A stretch of DNA of 52,464 bases from an uncultured Bacilli bacterium (GTDB lineage Bacteria > Bacillota_I > Bacilli_A > RF39 > UBA660), in the NCBI GenBank assembly GCA_947626535.1, contig CANQSO010000002.1, positions 1 to 52,464 of the forward strand, given 5' to 3'. Position numbers and translations under genes: made by a program. Below the pieces are notes generated by a model that was not told the origin of the DNA, did not search any database, and saw only the letters and a program-made list of their open reading frames with translations. How positions within the stretch are numbered: position 1 is the first letter of the stretch; each line of letters starts with the position of its first letter. Shown here one piece after another: positions 28,526 to 35,461 of this stretch.

Positions 28526-29410
28526 TTATTTTAAATCTTTTTCAAATATAATTGAAATAATGCCACACAATATACCACCAATAGGATATACCATCCAATT
28601 TATTTCCCACATGTTTAAAGTAAATCCCCATATAAGAAATATAATAGTTGTAATTAGCATAATTATGCCACATATTTTACCAACTTTATTTTTAATTTCT
28701 TTATATTCTAAAGTGTTTTCTTTATTATATTTTGGAATATCAAATTTTTCTTTCATATTACTTGCATAAACAATTATAGAAGTACCAATAGTAATAAAAT
28801 ACATTAAAATTGCAACGGGTAAAGGGCTTTCTTCACCACCAATTTTTAAACCAAGTAATAGCATCATGATCATAACCCCAATTAAGATAATAGATATTCC
28901 AATTGCTGTAAATTTGGTATATTTGGTTTTCCCAACTTCTAATTCATTTTCAGTATAAACATTATTTAAAATGGGATTTTTCTTTTTAAACTCCTCTATT
29001 TTAGAACCATTAATAATAAATAATGGAACCGCAAAAGCTACACCTAATAAAATAACACATATCCCAATTAAACTATATTGTTCTACATCTGGTGATAAAC
29101 CAATAATAGTTAGAAATATTGAAACGCCAAGTAAGATTAATGTCACTGCTATAGCAACTTGCTTAGCAGACTTACTCATTATCAAATCATAATTATCCTT
29201 TTTATCTAAAGTTATTTTTCCTTTAACTAATTCATCCATACTACAATCAAAAATTTCACATATAGATATAATTTTTTCGGTTTCGGGATAACCTGATCCA
29301 CTTTCCCATTTTGAAACTGCTTGTCTAGATACTTGTAATTTTTCTGCCAATTCATCTTGAGTCATATTACTCTTTTTCCTTAAATTTTGTAAATTTTCTG
29401 CAAAATTCAT
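28526..29410 (-). CDS. XRE-family HTH regulator fused to a multi-pass membrane domain
   Basis: MNFAENLQNLRKKSNMTQDELAEKLQVSRQAVSKWESG (HTH_3), followed by about 6 TM segments. The true start is ATG 29410, after GGAGGCGAGG. Confidence 0.85.
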   Translation of the reverse strand: MNFAENLQNLRKKSNMTQDELAEKLQVSRQAVSKWESGSGYPETEKIISICEIFDCSMDELVKGKITLDKKDNYDLIMSKSAKQVAIAVTLILLGVSIFLTIIGLSPDVEQYSLIGICVILLGVAFAVPLFIINGSKIEEFKKKNPILNNVYTENELEVGKTKYTKFTAIGISIILIGVMIMMLLLGLKIGGEESPLPVAILMYFITIGTSIIVYASNMKEKFDIPKYNKENTLEYKEIKNKVGKICGIIMLITTIIFLIWGFTLNMWEINWMVYPIGGILCGIISIIFEKDLK

Positions 29411-29470
29411 TTTCCTCGCCTCCATGAATAATTTTAAAGTAGCATTTAACTTTTTTCTACCAATTATTAT

Positions 29471-29505
29471 TTGCAACTTAATTTTTTTAAGCAACTATAA
29501 GTTGC
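29471..29505. promoter_or_regulatory. Candidate operator: three TTGCAACT half-sites, including a perfect palindrome
   Basis: TTGCAACTTA (29471-29480) plus GCAACT-ATA-AGTTGC (29491-29505). These lie 60-95 bp upstream of the XRE start and overlap a plausible promoter. Confidence 0.4.
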
Positions 29506-29511
29506 AAACCA

Positions 29512-30126
29512 TTATTTTTTGTTTATTGTTGCATTATCGGCAATAAAATTTTTATAATGTTCATAATTTTTTTCAATTACTTCATTAACATTAAACCAAT
29601 AATAATTGGTCATAGTATTATCGTATTCATCAAGCTTCGTTTTTTTTAACTTACCACCTAAAGCTAAAATAGTTTTATTAGAACCAATATTATCAATGCT
29701 ACACTCTAATAATACATTTTCTTCGCCTAATTTTTGTTCTTCAAGTAAAGCTAAAAATAAGGCAATTTTAGCATATCCTTTTTGTCTTTCCATTGGTCTA
29801 ATTCCATAACCTATATGAGATGCCCAAGTATTTAATAACTTTTTAGGAATGTTATATCTTACATTTATCATTCCAACTATTTTATTATCATTTTCCCTAA
29901 CTACAAAAAAGGTTTTTGATTGACATCGATTTATTTTTTTTAAATATTCTAAATCATTCCTTTTTTCAAGTTCTAATAACCATTCTTCATAAGTTGCATT
30001 ATTAAGACACATGCTCATACTACCTGTCCCGTTTAGTGAAGAATTATAGATAACATTTTCATCTAAATAATCTAATGCCTCTTTTTTTCTATTTATAGAG
30101 GGAACTTCTAAAAACAGTCTATCCAC
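29512..30126 (-). CDS. GNAT family N-acetyltransferase
   Basis: IVGMINVRY...GYGIRPMERQKGYAKIALFLALLEE is an acetyl-CoA binding motif A-like region. GTG start at 30126, 5 nt after GGAGG. Confidence 0.82.
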   Translation of the reverse strand: MDRLFLEVPSINRKKEALDYLDENVIYNSSLNGTGSMSMCLNNATYEEWLLELEKRNDLEYLKKINRCQSKTFFVVRENDNKIVGMINVRYNIPKKLLNTWASHIGYGIRPMERQKGYAKIALFLALLEEQKLGEENVLLECSIDNIGSNKTILALGGKLKKTKLDEYDNTMTNYYWFNVNEVIEKNYEHYKNFIADNATINKK

Positions 30127-30157
30127 AATTTCCTCCTATTTTAAATAAAGACTAATT

Positions 30158-30664
30158 CTACTCCACTTTGCCAAATTTTCTAAATGGCCAGATAATAAAT
30201 GATGTCGTTCCTTCAATATCACTTTTTTTAACAGGTCCAACATATCTACTATCTAAAGATACAATACGATTATCACCAAGTAAAAAATATTCATCTTCAC
30301 CAAGTTTTACTTCATCAAAATCAAAAGTAGTTCCATATGCATAGGAATCTTCTATTTTTTTATCATTAATATAAATTATCCCATTTTCACATTTAATTTT
30401 TTCATTAGGTAGACCGTATACTCTTTTAATAATCGTATCATCTCTTTTATTATCAACAACAATATCAGCTACCACCATTGAGTATCTTTTAATCTCACCT
30501 AATTTATTTAAAATCATGATTTCTCCGCCATCTAAAGTATCAACCATTGATTCTCCACTAACTCTTACAGGCGTCACTAAAAATGAGCGTACTAAGACAA
30601 CAACAATTAATATAATTATATATGGTAATAATTCTTTAAACCAATTTTTATTTTGTTCTTCCAT
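30158..30664 (-). CDS. lepB: Signal peptidase I
   Basis: N-terminal TM. Catalytic Ser in VSGESMVDTL and Lys in KRVYGLPNE. GDNRIVSLDSR box. The ORF opens at 30676, and ATG 30664 or 30670 is the more likely start (GGTGA upstream). Confidence 0.9.
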   Translation of the reverse strand: MEEQNKNWFKELLPYIIILIVVVLVRSFLVTPVRVSGESMVDTLDGGEIMILNKLGEIKRYSMVVADIVVDNKRDDTIIKRVYGLPNEKIKCENGIIYINDKKIEDSYAYGTTFDFDEVKLGEDEYFLLGDNRIVSLDSRYVGPVKKSDIEGTTSFIIWPFRKFGKVE

Positions 30665-30732
30665 TTTCATCACCAACTTTATCTAATTATAGCAAAAAAA
30701 AAGAGTCTCGAAAACTCTTTATCATCAAAATA

Positions 30733-30906
30733 CTATTTTTTCTTTAGAGACTTTTTCATATCATCTAAAGCTAAGTTAGCATTATCCATAGCATTATCAA
30801 CCATATCTTCTACTTTCTTTTTAGTAGAATCTTTAGATAACATATATGTTGCTAGGGCCATACCACCTGCCATGCCAAGACTCATTGAAATAAGCGTATT
30901 TTTCAT
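30733..30906 (-). CDS. Small (57 aa) YtxH-like membrane-anchored protein, absent from the supplied ORF track
   Basis: GAGGTGAG RBS 4 nt before ATG 30906. MKNTLISMSLGMAGGMALATYMLSKDSTKKKVEDMVDNAMDNANLALDDMKKSLKKK, TAG stop at 30733-30735. A hairpin plus T-run follows at about 30697-30725. Confidence 0.6.
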   Translation of the reverse strand: MKNTLISMSLGMAGGMALATYMLSKDSTKKKVEDMVDNAMDNANLALDDMKKSLKKK

Positions 30907-30923
30907 TTTCTCACCTCTTAAGT

Positions 30924-33137
30924 CTAGTATGAATCAATTTCATTAAATTTATTCTCTATTTTATTTAATAAATCAGTCTTTCTTTTTTCAGCATAATCAT
31001 TATTAACAGCTCTTAAAAAAGATGTTTCTTCACCAACAATTACTAAACTTTTTTTAGCTCTTGATACTCCCGTATAAATAAGTTTATTATAAAGCATCTT
31101 ATAATAATTTTTACAAACCGGTAAAATAACATGGGAAAATTCACTACCTTGACTTTTATGAATAGTAATTGCATAAGCATGTTTAATAGAATTTAAATCT
31201 TCTTTTTCATAGATAACTTCATTACCATCAAAATCAATTAAGACACTATAAGTTCGTTTTTTATCAAGACTATACATAATTTTTTTTATATGACCAATAT
31301 CACCATTATAAACATTACAATCAGGATTATTAACTAATTGTAAAACTTTATCATTTTCTCTATAGACAACATCAAAATAATTAATTTCTATTTTATCTTT
31401 ACTAGGCGGATTAATAATGTTTTGTAACATTTGATTTAAATTATCAATGCCATTTTCACCCTTATACATTGGGGCTAAAACAATAATATCATCTTCATTA
31501 ATTCCCTTTTTAATACTTTTTAAAATAATTTTTCTAATCATTTCTTTAATATTTTGACTCATACATTCTAAAAAATTATAATCATCTTTTTTATTTAAAT
31601 ATTCTTCACTTAAATTTTTTTCTTTAATTTCTTTAGCTAAATATGGAATATAAGAATTAGAACTTTGGCGATAAATAGTTGATAGTGAGGTAAAAGAAAA
31701 TTTATTAGATAAAACTAAATCATTTAATATTAAACCTGGTCCAACACTTGGAAGTTGAAAGGTATCCCCTACTAAAACTAATTTAACGTCATCATCTATT
31801 CCACATAATAAAGAATAAAACAAATAGGTATCAACCATACTTACTTCATCAACAATAATTAATTTATGATGATTTTTATTATATTCATTAACTTGAAATT
31901 CATTAGTATCTTTATTCCATTTTAAATAACGATGTATTGTACTGGCTTTTAAATTAGTTGCTAAAGAAAGTTTTTTACTAGCTCTTCCAGTTGGGGCCAA
32001 AAGAGCAATATTAACACTTGTTTCAATAGGTGATAATTTATAGTATTCTATATAAAGTTTAGTAATCGCATTAACAATGGTAGTTTTACCTGTACCTGGT
32101 CCCCCAGAAATAATACTAACCGGATTATTTAAAGCATTATAAATAGCCCTCTTTTGTTCTTCATTATATACAACATCTAATTCTTCTTGTAATCGATTTA
32201 TTTTATTTTCAAAATTTTTAAAACTTTTAGATGGATTACTTTCAATATCAAAAAGCATTCTAGCAATTTCTTGTTCCATCATATCTAATTTAGCTAAAAA
32301 ATATTTTTCATCTTGTTTAACAATTAAATTTTTATTAATTAATTCTTTAGTAATAGTCTCAAACATTGCCTCATCTAAAAATATTTTATATTGTTGTTTT
32401 AAACAGTCTATTATTTCTTCTTGAAAGTAATAAATATCCCCATTTTTATTACTTAAATATTCCATTGCTTCTAGGGTACACGCTGATAATCTTACTTCAT
32501 CATAAGGATCATGATTATTTTTAAAAATCCGATCTAATTTTTCAAAAGGAACAATTTCTTTAAAATAATATAAATTTTCATTAACATACATCATGGTTTT
32601 ATCTTGATATTTTTTAACAATTTTAGTTGATTCATTAATACTAAAACCTAACTTTTTTAAATTAATTAAAATATCATCTACTAAAGAATAATCAATAATT
32701 GACTGATATATTTTTTCGGCTCTTATAGCAGACATATCAGGAACTAGCATTAAATTATTTTTATTTTCTTTAATTAATTCAATAGCTTTTTCTCCTAATG
32801 TTTCCACTATCTTTCTAGCAGTTTTAGCCCCACAACCTTTAATTAAATTAGATGATAAAAATTCTACTACAGCATCTTTTCCTTCCGGTTTTAACTTTTC
32901 ATAAGAATCAAAAGTAAATTGATATCCATAACGTTCATTACGAATATATTTACCAGATAATTCATATGTATCATCACAATTAGGATCTAATAAAAGACCA
33001 GTTACCGTAATAACTTTATTAATTTTTTCTTGTAAGGCTTCATCATTCGTTTCTTTTATTTTAAAAGTTCCTACAAAAAAACCATTATCTGATTCAAATA
33101 TAATTGTTCTAATATTTCCTTTAATAAAATTCATCAT
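30924..33137 (-). CDS. recD2: RecD2-type SF1 ATP-dependent DNA helicase (YrrC-like)
   Basis: N-terminal IKGNIRTIIFESDNGFFVG, Walker A GGPGTGKTT, Walker B IIVDEVSMVD, and C-terminal AITIHKSQGSEF. The probable start is ATG 33137 (MMNFIKG), not the ORF-track start 33188. Confidence 0.9.
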   Translation of the reverse strand: MMNFIKGNIRTIIFESDNGFFVGTFKIKETNDEALQEKINKVITVTGLLLDPNCDDTYELSGKYIRNERYGYQFTFDSYEKLKPEGKDAVVEFLSSNLIKGCGAKTARKIVETLGEKAIELIKENKNNLMLVPDMSAIRAEKIYQSIIDYSLVDDILINLKKLGFSINESTKIVKKYQDKTMMYVNENLYYFKEIVPFEKLDRIFKNNHDPYDEVRLSACTLEAMEYLSNKNGDIYYFQEEIIDCLKQQYKIFLDEAMFETITKELINKNLIVKQDEKYFLAKLDMMEQEIARMLFDIESNPSKSFKNFENKINRLQEELDVVYNEEQKRAIYNALNNPVSIISGGPGTGKTTIVNAITKLYIEYYKLSPIETSVNIALLAPTGRASKKLSLATNLKASTIHRYLKWNKDTNEFQVNEYNKNHHKLIIVDEVSMVDTYLFYSLLCGIDDDVKLVLVGDTFQLPSVGPGLILNDLVLSNKFSFTSLSTIYRQSSNSYIPYLAKEIKEKNLSEEYLNKKDDYNFLECMSQNIKEMIRKIILKSIKKGINEDDIIVLAPMYKGENGIDNLNQMLQNIINPPSKDKIEINYFDVVYRENDKVLQLVNNPDCNVYNGDIGHIKKIMYSLDKKRTYSVLIDFDGNEVIYEKEDLNSIKHAYAITIHKSQGSEFSHVILPVCKNYYKMLYNKLIYTGVSRAKKSLVIVGEETSFLRAVNNDYAEKRKTDLLNKIENKFNEIDSY

Positions 33138-33370
33138 AAAACCATTATACCGCATTTTAATTATTATGAAAATTAAAAAAACTATCAAACATAGTTTTAT
33201 TAATAAGAAAGAGATAAATAAAAGAAAGGTTCAAATCTAAGTTTTATAATGCCAAAAAAATTTAAAAAAATTATCTCTTTCTTAAGTTTGATATTCTACT
33301 ACTTAAAAAGAAATAATTTTGTCGATTATTGACACATCAAAATAATAATGCACCACATCATTTAAATAAT

Positions 33371-33400
33371 AAAAAGTCTAGGATTTAAAAGTACCTAGAC
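33371..33400 (-). terminator. Rho-independent terminator of the DUF262 gene
   Basis: Minus strand reads GTCTAGG-11 nt-CCTAGAC followed by TTTTTATTATTT, starting 17 nt after the stop. Confidence 0.6.
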
Positions 33401-33416
33401 AGCACCTCACTGTATA

Positions 33417-35321
33417 CTAAATATGATTATCAATAGTAAATAATTCCTTTTCAAATAACTTTTCACTCATTTCTTTTGCACGTTTAGTTATTTTTTTATA
33501 TGTATTAAAATCATCATAATTAGGCAACTTAATAATTGTATTAGATTTTTTTATATTATTACCTCTATACAATAAATTCAAATTCCCTAACTTATTTAAA
33601 ATTAACTTTTCAAAAGTTTCATAATCTGCATTTATAATATTCTCAGGAAAATCATGCCCTTTTTTTAATATTAATTCATATTTATTATTTTTTATTAATT
33701 TTTTTTCGTATTTAACTTTTTTCTCACTTTCTTCAGGATTTAATGGTAATATATGGTCAATTTGATAAATATTTGAATTTTCTAAAATTATAAGAGCCTT
33801 ATCATAATCTATATTATTTTTAGAAAAATCATACAAATCATAAAAAGATAATAACACTCTTGAAGCAGCTCTTTCTCCCTTTTTAGTATATCCTGTAAAG
33901 TTTTCTATTTTACTTTTAATAGCACTTCCATTTACTCCACGTTCTATCATACTAGTTTTAAACACTTCATTAATATCTTTTATTGATAATCTATTATCTT
34001 CAATGGTCTTAGTCATAATTATGTTAAAAGTATCAACAGCATCCTTACTATCACCATCATTTATAGTTTGAGTAGCAAACATATAACTAAAACTGTTTTT
34101 TAAAATTAATATCAAATCATTTTTAGTTAAATCTTCTTTATCATATTCATAAAATGCTCTTAATAATAAAGGACAAGGATGAAAATATTCATTTAAGCGA
34201 AAACTACACATATAGTATTTAAATTTATTATTATCAATAAAGTAATCATTTTTTAAATATTTATAATATTTAACTTTTTCGATTAAATCATCAAGAAATT
34301 TTACTAAAGCTTCAGATAAAGTAGTTTTTTTATAAATTGTTTTAAAATCAATTTTTTTAAAAGAACTAGAATTAACATTATTAGAATTATATTTAATAAA
34401 AGCTTTAATATAAATATTTAAATATTCTTGTAATTTATCTTCAGTTTTTATTATTAAATCTCCCCATTTTTCAAGATATTGTTGTTGGTCTTCACTAGTT
34501 AAATTTTGAAAAATAAAACATTTTATAATATCAATTTCTTCTAATATTTTCCCTTTACCATTAATTGACTCAAATATTTCAAAAACTTGACTTTTATGAT
34601 TCTCAGTAACAATTAATGTTAAAAAAGTAATGTTTTTTAATACAAAATCAATATATGTTAATAATTTATTTTTTTTATCTTCTTCTTTTACTTTTTTATT
34701 ATCTATTTTTAAATATTTATTTAGATAATCATCTATTAATAAAAAATTATTTTTTACTTTTTTCTCTATTTCATTTTCACAATTATAGTTTTTAACATAA
34801 TCAATTAAATTTAAATCTTGAGATTCTTCTTTTGTTTCTTCTTCATTATTGTTTTTGATTAAGGTATTAAAAGCATAATCAAAAATATTTTTCATTATTT
34901 TCTTTTCAAGGCTTTTAAAATTAATAATTGGATAATCTCTATTTACTTCTCTTTGATTAATAATTTTTTTCCATAAAATAGACTTGATTTCTAGAACTGA
35001 ATCATCATTTTCTAATTTATATTTAGAAGCCTTATAATATAAAATCAATAAAATAAGACTGAATGTTGCTATTCTTTGTTGTCCATCAATTATTTCATAA
35101 CAATTTACATTACTACTATTTTGTAATGCTCGAGATAAATATATTGAACCAATGTATAATTGAGAATTATGGCGATTTTCAATATAATCTTCAATATCTG
35201 ATAGTAATTCTTGTATTTGGCTTTTTTCCCAACAATATGGTCTTTGATAAATTGGAATAGTAAAATAATTTGAAAAAATTATTTCTAAACTTTCAACGTG
35301 TGGTTCTAATAAATTATTCAT
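33417..35321 (-). CDS. GmrSD-like DUF262/DUF1524 protein (putative type IV modification-dependent nuclease)
   Basis: N-terminal IPIYQRPYCW and IIDGQQRIATF are the DUF262 ParB-like NTPase motifs. C-terminal IDHILPLNP ... GNLNLLYRGNNIKKSN is a DUF1524 His-Me finger pattern. GAGGAG RBS. Confidence 0.82.
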   Translation of the reverse strand: MNNLLEPHVESLEIIFSNYFTIPIYQRPYCWEKSQIQELLSDIEDYIENRHNSQLYIGSIYLSRALQNSSNVNCYEIIDGQQRIATFSLILLILYYKASKYKLENDDSVLEIKSILWKKIINQREVNRDYPIINFKSLEKKIMKNIFDYAFNTLIKNNNEEETKEESQDLNLIDYVKNYNCENEIEKKVKNNFLLIDDYLNKYLKIDNKKVKEEDKKNKLLTYIDFVLKNITFLTLIVTENHKSQVFEIFESINGKGKILEEIDIIKCFIFQNLTSEDQQQYLEKWGDLIIKTEDKLQEYLNIYIKAFIKYNSNNVNSSSFKKIDFKTIYKKTTLSEALVKFLDDLIEKVKYYKYLKNDYFIDNNKFKYYMCSFRLNEYFHPCPLLLRAFYEYDKEDLTKNDLILILKNSFSYMFATQTINDGDSKDAVDTFNIIMTKTIEDNRLSIKDINEVFKTSMIERGVNGSAIKSKIENFTGYTKKGERAASRVLLSFYDLYDFSKNNIDYDKALIILENSNIYQIDHILPLNPEESEKKVKYEKKLIKNNKYELILKKGHDFPENIINADYETFEKLILNKLGNLNLLYRGNNIKKSNTIIKLPNYDDFNTYKKITKRAKEMSEKLFEKELFTIDNHI

Positions 35322-35403
35322 CTATATCACTCCTCGTATTAAATATATATCATATATATTAATTGCTTTCAATATAAAATTTTTTATTGGTATCATATAA
35401 TAG

Positions 35404-35441
35404 AAAAAAGACTAAAAAGATAAATATAATCATTTTAGTCT
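35404..35441 (-). terminator. Rho-independent terminator of ppdK
   Basis: Minus strand reads AGACTAAAA-loop-TTTTAGTCT (9 bp) followed by TTTTTT. Confidence 0.6.
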
Positions 35442-35461
35442 CTATTTACTTTGATTATTAA

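Noticed and set aside
28515-29192. Plus-strand ORFs 28515..28769 and 28971..29192
   Set aside because: They are antisense to the TM-rich part of the XRE membrane regulator. Mirror-image hydrophobic ORFs are expected there by chance.
28526-30126. GNAT + XRE as a GNAT-toxin/antitoxin pair
   Set aside because: The gene order, a 101-bp spacer with its own promoter and operator, the 294-aa membrane-fused regulator and the 204-aa ordinary-looking GNAT do not match known TacT/KacT-type modules.
30653-30946. 97-aa plus-strand ORF between lepB and recD2
   Set aside because: It is antisense to the well-signalled 57-aa YtxH-like gene and overlaps two minus-strand genes. It has no RBS and a hydrophobic nonsense-like product.
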